A stretch of 64,000 nt of DNA from Felis catus (GCF_018350175.1 NC_058368.1:35032001-35096000); one strand, 5' to 3'; counted from the first letter of the stretch, positions 12,281 through 25,267 are shown. Notes: generated by a model from the sequence alone, not told the origin. Numbers and translations are program-made.

Positions 12281-12799
12281 AAACAATTCAGATAGACTCA
12301 GATCCTGATATTTGAAACTTATAATCAAGAAAAACCATACCAAAAAAAGGTAAGAAAAAAAGGTAAAGACTTAATATCATAACTATGTTTTACAGTCAAT
12401 CATCTGGAGTCCCATGACATGACACTTACTGTTTGAATGCTAGTTCCTAGTCTATTTATATTGAGTTTATTTAATCTTGCTTTATATTTTTTCAAACCAT
12501 ATCCATCCTTTATTCAGAGTGACTATACTAGACCAGCAGATGATATTGTTGGCATGAATAAAGCTAGAATAATAATAAAATAAAATGAGAACTCTTCCTT
12601 TAAAAGGAATTTTGAGAATACTAAGCTGATATAAATTAATTCATTCTATTTTGTGAGATAGGAGGGTAAAATAAGTCATTTCTTTGTTAACTCTTCAAAT
12701 AGTGGATGAGCAATTTATAGAATTAAATTGCAGCAATAAAATGTTTATATAATACCTCACATATCATCCCAATAAGAATGGATTACTATAGAACCCTAA

Positions 12800-13870
12800 G
12801 AGTGGTCTGTGTGAGAGCTGTGTGGCTCTGACAGATTGACAGTCATGCCTTGCTGAGCAGGTGAAATCTTAGAGCGCAGGTACCTACAACTGAGCCAAAG
12901 TCAAACTCAGAAAGACAATTTTGACAGCTCAATAAAACACTGGAGAAATTATTTGTAGAGTCTGTTAAAATCATTAGTTCTTGCAACGCAACAGGTTATT
13001 AGGGCCATTTGCTAAATTTTGTGGGTTTTGCTTTCTATATTTTTAAATAGCGTTTATCAGAAACAGATTTAATTTCCTAATGATTCTCCTATGTACCGAA
13101 ATGGAAATGTTTCTCAAGAAATGGCTTTCTTTAGAAGGAGGAGCAGGAGGCAGAGGAGGAGGAGGAGTGGAAGGAGAAAAAGAAGCAATGGCTTTCTTTT
13201 ATTTCACTCTTAACTACAAGCAAAATGGGACCTGTTTTTCAAAGCAACATTAATGAAACCACCTAATGAATTTTTTTCTGATATTTACATTTAATTTGGT
13301 ATGAAGAAAAATGCCTGATACATAGTAGGTCATTAGTGAATATATATTTTAAAAATTAGCTACCTTGAATAATAAACTAGCATGGAAGATTGTGGCAAAC
13401 GTATATTCAGCGTGTGAAAAGAATAATGTTGTAAGATCAGCTAAGAAAAAACTTAAATGAAATTCGATTTACTCTTACAAATAGTCGGCACCATAATACT
13501 ACCGTACTTCCTTCAGTAATGAAAACTGGAAAGGCTTTGCCTCGTCTGGGCACTGTGGAGAAATGGCAATGAGCTCTTGCTACAAACCACAAACAAAAGG
13601 ATTCAAAGATCTATTACTGAAGCAGGTGCCAAGCCAACCACTGTCTCTATCCACAAAACGTGTATGACTAAATATGAAATGGATTTTTGAAATAAGGGCC
13701 ATATCTTGCCCAAATAATTACTGTATTAAAACCACTGTCATTTTGGTGGGAAGGCTGACAGATTAAATATCTAGCTGATGACAGTCTTATCATATTACAG
13801 TTCTTTTGCTGTTACACATTTCTCCCTTTGTTCCTTGCCTTGATAAAGCTGAACAGCAGAATGTTAACAC
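12800..13870. promoter_or_regulatory. Candidate enhancer region with two TGACAG (MEIS/PKNOX/TGIF) clusters
   Basis: TGACAG at 12829, 12837, 12922, 13735 (reverse), 13756 and 13779, in repeat-poor sequence; function is inferred only. Confidence 0.4.
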
Positions 13871-13912
13871 AAGCCTCAAAAGTTCAATTTCCACCTTAGA
13901 GAATGTGTTTGA

Positions 13913-13914
<2 letters not shown>

Positions 13915-13945
<31 letters not shown>
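13915..13945. repeat. Poly(A) run, 31 nt
   Basis: Visible directly; no SINE or LINE body upstream. Confidence 0.95.
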
Positions 13946-13947
<2 letters not shown>

Positions 13948-15004
13948 CATATTTAGCAATGCCCTGCTTCATCAGTATTGATCATTTTATTTTCTTTGAA
14001 TTTACCCTCACAAATCCCATCTACTCTCTCTAGCTCATTTCCAGGGTTTTACATATTTTTCACTTTCTTGTCTTTACTTTTATAATTTCTCACTGTGTTT
14101 TTTTTTTCTTAATAAGAATTGCAAAAGCATCTGTCAAAGGAAAGGCAATACACACAATATGGATACACTTTCTAGCAATTTCGAGGACCCATATTTTTGT
14201 TACAAACATAAAAATGTAAGGGCAAATGGCTGAATTGGATTACAATCAGAGTTGCTACTAGAAAATCACAAAGTCCATCATCATTACCAGTGGTAGAGTT
14301 AGAACGGCAATTGGAACTTAGAAATGCATTTTTTAATGGTGCATAGGAAAAATGCACAATGCACTAGATATTGAATTTTCCCTGACTTGGGAAAAGTTAT
14401 AATCGTTTCTAATTTTCTTTTATGTAATATATGACCATCTGAGATCAAGTAAATAGAAATTTCTAAATGTCAATGCATAAAGTATCTTATAAACAAGAGA
14501 CACAGCCAGCAAGTCTGCTGTATTTCTGGAAATGTTCCCTTCACTCTAAAGTTGACAAGGCAGAGAGCCATTGCAGCATTAATTGCAGCCTTCAGAATGG
14601 AAGAATATTTCTCTGTAATTAAGGCTTTCTGAATTAAAAAAAATATGATCTACACAAGCTTCTCTGCTTTTATGGTAAATTGTTACAGAATAATGAAATC
14701 AAGTGATTGAAATGGTGACTACTGGACAATCTCAGAGTTTCACAAACAGCTTGCCAATACTGCTGAATCCTTTGTTCCCAAATACTTATACCTTATCAAC
14801 TCTACTTTTTCTCATGGTAAAGGGAAGACCTGGCATCTTTGCAAGAGCAGAGGGGGCAGGAATAGGGTCAGGGATCCCTAAAGGGCATGAAACAAAGGAC
14901 AAGTGAAGTCTAGTCCCAAGTGCTGGTGAATGAACATTGGGACTCTCTTTCAGAGAGCAATAACCACACCTGAAACAAAAGGCTTCAAGACAAAGATGGA
15001 TTTA

Positions 15005-16361
15005 TTTTTTAATATAGTTATTTAAATTCAAGTTAGTGTACATACAGTGTAGTATTGGTTTCAGGAGTAGAACACAGTGACTCGTCACTTACATATAACA
15101 CCCAATGCTCATCCCAACAAGTGCCCTCCTTCATACCCATCACTCATTTAGCCCCTCCCCCACCCACCTCCCCTCTAGCAACCCTCAGTTTGTTCCCTGT
15201 GTTTAGGAGTCTCTTAAGGTTTGTCTCCCTCTCTGTTTTCATCTTATTTTTCCTTTCCTTTCCCTTTGTTCATCTGTTGTGTTTCTTAAATTCCCCATAT
15301 GAATGAAATCATATGGTATTTGTTTTTCTCTGACTTATTTCACTTAGCATGATGCACTCTCATACCACACACAGTGCAAATGGCAAGATTTCATTCTTTT
15401 TGATTCCAGAGTAGTATTCCATATATACACTACATCTTCTTTATCTATTCATCAGTCAATGGATATTTTGGATCTTTCCATAATTTGGCTACTGTTGATA
15501 GGGCTGCTATACATATTGAGGTGCATGTGCCCCTTCAAATCAGCATTTTGTATGCTTTGGATAATACCTAGTAGTGCATTTGCTGGGTCGTAGGGTACTT
15601 CTGTTTTTAATTTTTTGAGGAACATCTATACTGTTTTCCAGGTGGCTGCACCAGTTTGCATTCCCACCAACAGTGGAAAAGAGTCCCCCTTTCTTCACAT
15701 CCTTGCCAATATGTGTTGTTGCCTGAGTTGTTAATGTTAGCCATTCTGACAGGTGTGAGGTGGTATCTCATTGTGGTTTTGACTTATATTTCTCTGATGA
15801 TGAGGGATACTGAGCATCTTTTCATGTGTCTGTTGGCCATCTGGATGCCTTCTTTGGAGAAATGTCTGTTCATGTCTTCTGCCCATCTCTTCACTGGATT
15901 ATTTGTTTTGGGGTGTTGAGTTTGATGGGTTCTTTATAGATTTTGGATTCTAGCCCTTTATCTGATATGTCATTTGCAAATATATTTTCCCATTCCACTG
16001 GTTTCCTGTTAGTTTTGTTAGTTGTTTCCTTCATTGTTCAGAGCTTTTTATCTTGATGAAGTCCCAATAGTTCATTTTTGCTTTTATTTCCCTTGCCTCT
16101 GGAGACAGGTCTAATAAGAAGTTGCTGCGGGTGAGGTCAAAGAGGTTGCTGCCTGTGTTCTGCTCTAGGATTTTGAGGGTTTCCTGTCTCACATTTAGGT
16201 CTTTCTTTCATTTTGAAGTTATTTTTTGTGTCTGGTGTAAGACAGTGTCATTCTTCTGCTTCTCACCATCCAGTTTTTCCAACACCATTTGCTGAAGAGA
16301 CTGTCTTTTTGTTTTTTATCCATTGGATACTCCTTCCTGGTTTGTCAAAGATTAGTTGGCC
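15005..16361 (-). mobile_element. 5'-truncated carnivore L1 (ORF2 C-terminus and 3' UTR)
   Basis: Typical antisense L1 text ('gtgtgaggtggtatctcattgtggttttg', 'tttgcaaatatattttcccatt'); 17-bp TSD agac(a/g)a(a/g)gatggattta at 14988-15004 and 16362-16378. Confidence 0.96.
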
Positions 16362-17495
16362 AGACGAGGATGGATTTAAAGGCACAGCCAGTTTCACTCA
16401 AAGAAGAGCCAAAACAGACTGCCAGAAACAATGGTGAGCAGAAAGGAGAGTGCCTTTGTATGGCTCCTGCTGCAGCAATGTTCAGAAACTATAGAGAAAC
16501 CAGTACAATCACAGGCTAAAAATAACAAATGTTCTCCAACTAATAAACACAGTGGGAAGAAAGGAGCATTCTAGATAACCATAATTTATATTTGCATGAG
16601 TGCTATAAGTATGGGGAACTTGGAAGGGTAAGCACTGAGAAGGACTGCGATAGGGTTTCATCCTTGGCTTTCCTGCAAAGTATCAGCCAGGACTTTTCAC
16701 AGCTGAGATAAGCTTTCCCCAGCCCTAGCTGACAAGACTGGAGGCTAGTGTCAATGAACAAACTGATGATTTCCTGGTCTTCCTTGCACGAGACAACCAA
16801 AAATACTGCTTCTTCCAGTTCTTTCATCAGTGTCTGAAGGTAATTCCAAAGATATTAGAAAGTTCAGTAAAATGTGGCTTATAGCAGTATACTACACTTG
16901 TATGCCTGCTCACATCCATTCTAAATGGTTCCACATTCCACAATCAAAATCAATCTGGTCTAATATCCATGCTACCAAAGTCTTTAATCTTAAAATTAGC
17001 ACATACTTCTGCCTTCTGACCCTGGGAAAGCAAATAGCGCCAGATGCCACAACTCTTAGATACTCAGTACATCTGTCTACATCACTGAGCAGTATTTTGT
17101 AACCAACATTGAAATACTGCTATCATACATAAGGCTCATTTCTGTGATATGTGCATCATCATTTCTATCACAGGCAAAGCTGTATGTGCTGCCTCTCCCT
17201 GTGTGTGAGCTGTGCATGGGGTGGTACCCAAGATTCTATCTAATGCTTCTACTCATTCTGTATCATCTTTCAAATCCAGACACCTCCCCACACACACTCC
17301 ACTAATAAAACTCCAATTAGCAATGACGTGAATATCCACATTCACTTCTTCACAGAGGTGCTCCAAATCAGTTGTCTCCAATTCTAGTGGCTGAAATCAA
17401 GCTATGACACAGATTGTACAGTACAAGGATATGAGTTGACAGATATAAATCTTTGTTCAAAAACTCAGATGTGGATAGAATACCATTGTTTTAAG

Positions 17496-17587
17496 TTTCC
17501 TTTTTCCTTTCTTTCTCCTCCTCCCACTCCTCCTCCCCCTCCTCCTCCTCCTCCTGCTTCTTCTCCTTCTCCTTCTTTTTCTTTTTT
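17496..17587. repeat. (CCT)n / pyrimidine-rich low-complexity tract
   Basis: Visible directly in the sequence. Confidence 0.9.
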
Positions 17588-17920
17588 AATCAACTTAAAA
17601 TCTGAGTCCAGAGTATTACTGCAGCTTCTCATCCCTCTTCCCTGAGGTTACATGAGAAACCAGAAATCCTGATTGGGGCCCAGGAAAGAAGGAGAAGGCC
17701 TTGAATCTTCAGTCTATTATGGATGTCAGGTCTACCAGTCACTGGAAGCTCAGTAGTACTGCTGCATCTGTTCTAGACTTGGGGAAAGAGGATTTTTTTT
17801 TCCCTGCAGCTAGAAAACCTATTAGAACCCTCCTTGAGAGGTTCTGGGCCACCTGACCTTCAGAGACCCCCCCAACCTCCTTGATGAGCACCACACATCA
17901 TCTAGTCTTTGCCTCGTTTC

Positions 17921-18082
17921 TTTCTTCTATTGTATTATACTGTATTGTATGATATTCCATTGTGTTAATTTTGAGATAGAGAGATATCAAGCATGAGTGG
18001 GGGAGGGGGCAGAGGGAGAGAGGAAGGGGGGGTAGAAAGGGAGAGGGAGAGAGGGGAAGAGGGAGAGAGGGGAAGACAGAGA

Positions 18083-18120
<38 letters not shown>

Positions 18121-18240
18121 CAAGCAGGCTTCATGCTAAGTATGGAGCCTGACACGGGGCTCAATCCCACGAGCCTGGGATCATGACCTGAGCTGAAATC
18201 AAGAGTTGAGTACTCAACCAACTAAAACACCCAGGCGCCC
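17921..18240 (-). mobile_element. Can-SINE with expanded GA/G tract and (TATTG)n-like tail
   Basis: Ends 'cacccaggcgccc'; TSD tgcctc(g/a)ttt at 17910 and 18241. Confidence 0.95.
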
Positions 18241-19339
18241 TGCCTCATTTTTTTCTGCCTCTGTTTCCTTCTTCCTATAAAATGACCTCACAAAATTCAG
18301 TCTTCCAAAGAAAAAAATCTAGAAAGGAGAATTTATTTAAGTATGTTGTACAGTTCACTCAGAAAACACAAATCTTCTCTGAAATAAGGTAGAACAAAGC
18401 TAGGCAGACAAGTTGGAATAAATAGGTGGGGGCAAGAAGAGGAAGCCACCGGGAGTGTGAAGGACAGCAGCTCATAAAAAACAAACAAAAAACCTGCTGG
18501 AGGACAACAGAGCAGGAATAAATTTATGTCTCCATAAATTACTATTGGTCCTTGCTTCTTGATGTCTTTTTCTTCCTTCCTGTCACAATGGATGGTATGT
18601 TAGAGAATTTTGAATCAAAAAGAAATTCTAGTCTTCCACTTTGAATAACTTTCCCACTATTTAGATGAGAAATGTAAACTCTTAGAAAATTTTAGTTATT
18701 TGTATAAGGCCATGTACCTTCTTAGGTCATAGTTAGTTTTATCGTTCATGGAAGAGTGACATATAATTATCATAGTACTGGTGTCATTTATATATTTATT
18801 TATTTTTAATATGTCCGCATTGTATATATAATCTTGCTATTTATGTCATAAGTTTCTTTGTCAAAATCATTTCATTCAGTGAACCTACTGCACCTAATAT
18901 TTCTTTCCATAAATCATGACATTTATGGAATGAAACTCATATAAATAAAATGGTATTACTGATACTTTCAAGTACAGTTTTGTAGTTACTGTCCTTCAAA
19001 CTTCTTTGAGATAAGAAATTGTACTCATATAAAAAGAGAAATATTTCTTCTCTATGTGCCCACTGCCCTAAAGTTTCTAGTACAGTATTGTACATGTATT
19101 GCATACTGAATGTTATTTCATCACTGAAAAGTTAAACTTGATTTAATCATTTCTAATATTCAGTAGTGGATATATTCTATTTGGTTAAAGCCACGCTGAC
19201 CCTTTTTCTTTGCACCAGAAGTGTGCAATTCCATGTCACAGCACTGTGTGTTCGTTCATTTGAAAAATGACTTATGCCATAGGGTTAGCACATGTGCAAA
19301 GGTGTGTACATTCACCTATTGAAGAATTGGTATACTACA

Positions 19340-19580
19340 CAGAGTACACAGTAATATGTGACATGGAAGCTGCAGTCGAACTGTGGGCGTGAAACCTGCC
19401 TCTACCATTTATTAGCTCCGAAACCTTGATCATCTTAACTTCACTAAGCTTCAGTGTCCAAAATCCTCAAAATAATAATGAAACCTATTTCATGGGGTTC
19501 TAGTCAGTAGTAAGAAGAACGCATACAAAGCTCTTAGTAGAGTATATGGCACATATTAAGCACTTAATGAACATTAGCTA
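19340..19580 (+). mobile_element. MIR SINE, near full length
   Basis: 'aaacctgcctctaccatttattagct...cttaacttcactaagcttcagt...tggcacatattaagcacttaatgaacattagct'. Confidence 0.85.
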
Positions 19581-19609
19581 AACATATCTAGCACTGGTCT
19601 TCCAGAAAA

Positions 19610-19830
19610 ATGGCTTTCAATTTTTTGAAAGCACAGTAAATAATATAGTGAAATCACAACTCACTATACTTATGAACTAATTAAATATTTGTGAAATTAT
19701 ATTTCCCTTACTATGATGAACTCTAGTATATATATTTTTTCTTCCATTCTATTCTGCATTTGTCTATATTATTTCATTTTTTAAATGCTGAGTACAACCC
19801 ATTAAACTGATTTCACAATCCACTATAATC
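19610..19830. mobile_element. hAT-Charlie-type MITE remnant
   Basis: 'tggctttcaattttttt...cacagtaa...atttcattttttaaatgctg...acccattaaactgatttca' resembles a Charlie-family MITE. Confidence 0.55.
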
Positions 19831-20165
19831 AATCCTCTCTGACAAAGAAAATAAAGAAATATAATTTAAAAATGAATAATCATCATATTGTAAATGATGC
19901 CTTTGTATTTAAATACATAATATAGTCAAGTCTAGATTGTGATAGCTGTAGTTCTGAGGAATTTCAGGTTTGTCTGCATTCATAACTAAAGTGTTTTAGG
20001 AGAGAATTTTAGTGTCTGGTGGCAGGTGTTGCAGGAATGTAGTTTGTTTGTTTGTTTGTTTGTTTTTCTGAATAGCACCCAAAGATTTTGTGGAGCGAAG
20101 GATATTTCAAAAATGAAAAGGAAAGAAAAGATAGAAAGCTTTTCTATGCTAAAATACACAATGCT

Positions 20166-20385
20166 GGGTGCCTAGATGGCTCAGTCAGTTAAGCACCTGC
20201 TTTGGCTCAGGTCATGATCTCACGGTTCATGGGTTCAAGCCCCTCATCAGGCTGTTCGCTGACAGTGCAGAGCCTGCTTCCAATCCTCTGTCTCCCTCTC
20301 TCTCTGCCCCTCCCCCTCCCTCCCTCTCTCTCCCTCCCCCTCAAAAATAAATATTAAAAAACGTTTATATAAAAATAAATAAAGA
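20166..20385 (+). mobile_element. Can-SINE
   Basis: 'gggtgcctagatggctcagtcagttaagc' head, B-box-like 'gggttcaagccc', CT tract, A-rich tail. Confidence 0.96.
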
Positions 20386-21645
20386 AAATGTATAACATGT
20401 GGCCTGAACAGCACTGGACAGAGTATTTGGAATAAGAATTGCCTGAGAAAACCCAGAGTAACTGTTTACCAAAATGACACAAAAGTATTTTCATACTTAA
20501 AATGAATTCTGTATTTATACTTTAAAACACTACTGATTCCAATACATTAATATTCTGGACACTGCAAATGTGCTAATACAAAGTCATGTAAATGTACGGG
20601 TCAAAGAGTTCATTTGGTATTTCTCTGGGCATTAGCACAAAGATACTTGCTCCTTTCAATATAGTCTGTAATTCATTTAAGTATTACATTTTCAGCTCTC
20701 AATTAGGTTTTCAAATCTTAGTAATTTGATGAATTTTCTTGCCATCATGTCCTATTTTTAATAATTTAGTCTCTGACGCCCCTCCTTGATTTCATGGGAT
20801 GTCATCATGACCTGCTCACTGATTGTTACTATGCTTTTCATATTTATGTCTATATGAATCTTTCAACCATTCAGCATTTAACTATAGATTTCACATGAAC
20901 TGAAGTATTTCTAATCCTTTCCTGCAAAAACTTAGTATTCACGGGATTAGATGAAAGGTATAAATTATAAATTTATTTATGAACAAAAAAGCTTCAACGT
21001 TTCTTTACATTCTTGTCCTAAAAAGGCATGTTCAGAAGCTTCATGTCCTCGGTGATCAGTTATTTTTATTTCAAAATAAAATGCAGATGTAGAGTTATAT
21101 CATTAAATTTCGATTCCCCAATGGAAAAAAAAAAAACTTTGGAGAAGAAAAAGTAACTAATAATTCTTATTACCCTTTACTTTCCACATATATCTTTTCC
21201 TAAAAAGCAAACCCACTTAAAAGGACCAGTGATAGAAGTTTGCTTTTGTAAAAACTGACAGATGATACAATACACATAAATGTTGAATATTTTGAAATAT
21301 TTAGTAACCTTAAAATAAGCCCTTTCCAAAGGTTTACAATGGATATAAATAAGAATTATTTCACTTCCTTAGACTTCTAAGGAAAGAAGATCTTGGGAGT
21401 TGATATCCTGTTATGAGAAGAAATGAAGATTTCTTCAGAGTCAGAAAATTTATGGCAATAAATTTCTTAATAAATTTGTATCAAGTAGCCTATAAACGGC
21501 TTTGAATTCACTTGATTGCTAGAGGCATTTCAAAGTAAAATAGTATGATGAAAATACTTGTTTTACAGTTAGTTGGCATTCTACCTTTTTAGCAAATTGA
21601 TTTCTCTTAGACTAAGACACTAAATAAAGAAAAACAATACAATAG

Positions 21646-22045
21646 AACTTCAGGTTGCAATCAAGTTGGAATAACCTCATTCTTCCCTTTTACTAAAACT
21701 ATATACCCCTATACAGAACACAACAAATAAGCACAGAAGAACTCTAAAAAGTAGAAAGAAGAAAGTAAACTGCCTAGGAATCTCCAAACAGGAGAAATGA
21801 GACAGTGGTGGGTTCCTAGATTTCCTCATTGTCTCCCATTTACCCTGGACAGAGTGCTGCAAAAGCTGCCAATCCAGTATCCCCAAAAGACACAGACAAA
21901 TATAAGCTTCTCCCCAAACAAGGCTTCTCTCTCTGGACAAAGGGCTAGGAAATGGGTAGCCCTAATACCAAAGAAACCTCCCCCTTCTACCCTTACAGTT
22001 TCAGCAGGGCCAAATGGGGGCTGATTTCCCACCCACCCTCAATCT
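21646..22045 (+). mobile_element. Isolated ancient L1 5' UTR fragment (L1M3/L1M4-like)
   Basis: 'acttcaggttgcaatcaagttggaataacc...acacaacaaataagcacagaagaactctaaaaagtagaaagaagaaagtaaactgcctagg' resembles old L1 5' ends (degenerate aagatgg YY1 site). Confidence 0.6.
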
Positions 22046-22482
22046 CATGGAAGCATATATTGTGGCTCAACTGACATACCATATGTGACAAGCAGAGAGA
22101 TAAGGATTTCCTTATATTGTTGAGTTATGTAAGCTTGTAGTGATTGATTCGTACCATATATTGTTTAGAGACATCTATGGATTATAACTTCTAACAACTG
22201 AATTGATCAAAATAGCATAGCGTGAACAGTCTGTTTCATCCAAATCCTAGTTTTTATCTGAAGAATCTAGAATAACAAAGTGTCAAACATCTATTATATT
22301 TAAATTTAAATTACATGACATTGAGCATAAAATAAATCAACAGTAATTCCCCTGACTTTCTGTATCCATAAGGATACTTAATTATGTTGATTGTAAATAT
22401 CATAGTGATGTGAGATGGGGAATTAGATTTCATTTTGGATTGCAAGTAACAAGGGGATTAAAATACCCCTGTCTTTTCCCAC

Positions 22483-23860
22483 CACATCCATCCAACAAAT
22501 ATTTTTGTATTGAGTATCTACTATGTGAAATCAATGTTTAATTTGCTGAGAACAAATCAGTGAATAAAATTAAAAGAGCCTACATCCTGGAACTTAGTTC
22601 TAAAAGGGAAAACAGAAAATAAGAAGATAAATAACATACCTAGTATATAGGGTGTTAATAAGTACCAAAGAGAAAAAAATATATACGTAGCATAGAATAG
22701 AAATACAAACTGTTGGGCAAAGGAGACACCTTTAGAGTGGGAAGTTTCCACTCAAAAGATATCATTTGAGCTTTACTCAAATAAGTCTTTACCTTATTTA
22801 AGTCTTTAATTTATGGAAACAGGAGCATCATTACTGGAACTACCTAGAGGAAGGCCCTGAAAGAGAAACATGCCCAATAAAATCAAGAAACAGGGACTAG
22901 CATGGAGTACTGAGGAAGTAGTAAGATGTAAGACCTGGAAGCTATTTGGTTTATAATATATGAATCATTGTAAGACCTGCTTTAATTCTGATTGGCAACA
23001 GAAGAATTAAAATATTTGGAGCACAAGGGTGATATGATCACCTTACATGTTAACACAAACACTTTGGCTACTCTGTTGAGAATAGAATATAGCAGGGTAA
23101 GGGCAGAGGGAGCTATTCTAAAATTTAGACATGAGGTGACGCTTGACTGGATTGGAATGTTGGTCTTCTAGTTTGGTGGATATTGATCAAAAGCACAAAC
23201 AATTAGATGTGCTAATGGATTAAGTATAAAATTTGAAACAAAAGAGTCTAGGCTGAAGCCAGATAACTTTACCTGGACATCTTACTGAAATAAGAAGAAC
23301 CCTGACTACAACAGGATTTCTTTGTTTGTTTTGTGTTGTTTTACTGGGAGAGGATGTTTTGTGAGTGATAAAGAGGAACTAACAGATTAAGTACCTGGAA
23401 TGGTAGAAGAAAAATAGAATGAGCGTAATGACTTGGCGGCCAGATGAAGAAAGCATCTTTAGAAGAAGAGGGAGGTTTGAGGAGCCTGGGTCGCTCAGTC
23501 AGTTGAGCATCCAACTTCAGCTCTGGTCACAGTCTTGCGGTTGGGTTAGTGAGTTCGAGCCCCACATTGGGCTCGCTGCTGTCAGTCTGTCAGCACAGAG
23601 CCTGCTTCGGATCTTTTGTCCCCCTCTCTCTGCCCATCCCCTACTTGTGATTTCTCAAAAATAAATAAACATTTAAAAAAATAGAAAGAGAGGGAGGTTT
23701 AATATTGCTGACAGGTCAAATACAGTTAGCAGTGTGAAAGTCGTTGGTTACTGCAACATGGAGTCATGGGGATGAAAGACTAACTGATGCAGATTCAAGA
23801 GGGAACCAGTAAGAAGAAATAATTAGCAAGAATAGAAAATCATCTTAAGGAGAAAGAAAG
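22483..23860 (-). mobile_element. L2 LINE remnant (L2a-like), interrupted by a SINE
   Basis: Begins at the L2 3' end 'catccatccaacaaatattt...ttgagtatctactatgtg'; also 'actttggctactctgttgagaatagaatatag'. Confidence 0.85.
23479..23682 (+). mobile_element. Can-SINE
   Basis: Head, B-box 'gagttcgagccc'; TSD 'agagggaggttt' at 23467 and 23689. Confidence 0.96.
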
Positions 23861-23924
23861 TGTAGATGACATAAAGAATAAAGGTGACACCCATTCAGCT
23901 CATGTTTGTTCAGCCCTTCATTCA

Positions 23925-24090
23925 TGTCAGTATAAGTGCTTCAGGTATTTTGTTTCACTAAATCATTACAACAAATCTTTGAGATAAATATTATTATCCT
24001 CATTTTATGGATGAGACATTGAGGTACACCAAGGCTATGAAACTTGATTGAGATCACAGTGACTGCATTTTTAAGCACTATGCTATGCTA
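23925..24090 (-). mobile_element. MIR SINE
   Basis: Core 'attattatcctcattttatggatgagacattgaggtaca'. Confidence 0.8.
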
Positions 24091-24129
24091 AAAATCAGAA
24101 TTATATCATTTAGAATATTTTCTACTATT

Positions 24130-24550
24130 TGTTGAACTTAACACAAAAAGATGCATTAATAAAGTTCACATAGCAGAAAGTCTGGAGTTGTATGGCTATA
24201 GATCTAGTTAATTATCAATACAATAATGTCAGAGATCCTGTTTGAGTTCTTTGGGGAAAAAAAAAAAAAAGACGGCTGAACTCCAAAGATCACATCTTAG
24301 CATGACAACACTTAAAAGCTGGAAGGAAGGGCAAGGAGACTCTCATAGTGGATGTTTTATAGAAGAAGAAAACTTTTCTAGAACTGCCACCTTTTGTACT
24401 TTATTGGCCAAGACAGAATAACACCAGAGCTCTTGCTGTCAGAGACGCTGGAGAAATGAGCATCCAGCCTTTTCAGCCTTTGTAATGGGAGTTCAGCTAC
24501 AAAAGCAGGGAGAAGGGAATTGGGAATATCTGCTGGGTTAGCAAGCAGAG
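24130..24550 (-). mobile_element. MaLR LTR (MLT1I/K-like)
   Basis: 'atcacatcttagcatgacaac', 'ttattggccaagacag', 'gctggagaaatgagcatccagccttttcagcct'. Confidence 0.6.
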
Positions 24551-25001
24551 ATCTGGTAGAAAGAATATTCATGAGACCAACAGGCAGAGAGAGAGAGAGA
24601 GAAATTTTAAATCATGCAACTATACCTGCTGAGTAAAGGGACAACAATATTTTAACATGACAAAAAAAAAAAAAAAAAAAAAAAAGCCAGGAAAGGCTTT
24701 AATCTCAATATGAAATTTGAAAGGTTTTTTTTGTTTTGTTTTGTTTTGTCACCAAATAAATGTTCTAAAATCTCTCTCAGGGCTGATCGGTGTTTTTTGT
24801 AATGTAGCACTTTAAATGGATTTTTGGTGGTCATGAGTTGGAAGACTTATATTATTAAGACATCTATACTACTAAAGTGATCAACAGATTCAATGAAATC
24901 ACTATCAAAATCCCAGTGGCTTTGTTTTTCAGAAATAGAAAAAAAATACTAAAATTTATATAGAATCTCAAAGGTCCTGAAGAGCCAAAACAATCTGGAA
25001 A

Positions 25002-25061
25002 GAAAAACAAAACAAAACAAAACAAAACAAAACAAAACAAAACAAAAACAAAACAAAAAAC
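25002..25061. repeat. (CAAAA)n microsatellite
   Basis: Visible directly, abutting the SINE 5' end. Confidence 0.95.
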
Positions 25062-25062
25062 A

Positions 25063-25267
25063 GGGTGCCTGTGTGCCTTAGTTGCTTAAATGTCCAACTT
25101 TGGCTCAGGTCATGATCTCATGATTCATGAGTTTGGGCCCCATGTCAGGCTCTCTGCTGTCAGCACAGAGCCCGCTTCAGATCCTCTGTCCCCCTCTCTC
25201 TGCACCCCATCCCTTGCACTTGCTCTCTTTCTCTTTCTCAAAAATAAACATTATTTTTTTTAAAAAG
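25063..25267 (+). mobile_element. Can-SINE
   Basis: 'gggtgcctgtgtgccttagttgcttaa...ggctcaggtcatgatctca' head, CT tract. Confidence 0.94.

Noticed and set aside
13915..13945. Poly(A)31 as the tail of a processed pseudogene
   Set aside because: No nearby upstream AATAAA, coding remnant or TSD; it is best read as a simple mononucleotide expansion
17790..17900. Acceptor 'tttttttttccctgcag' at 17809
   Set aside because: No good donor or recognisable coding frame follows
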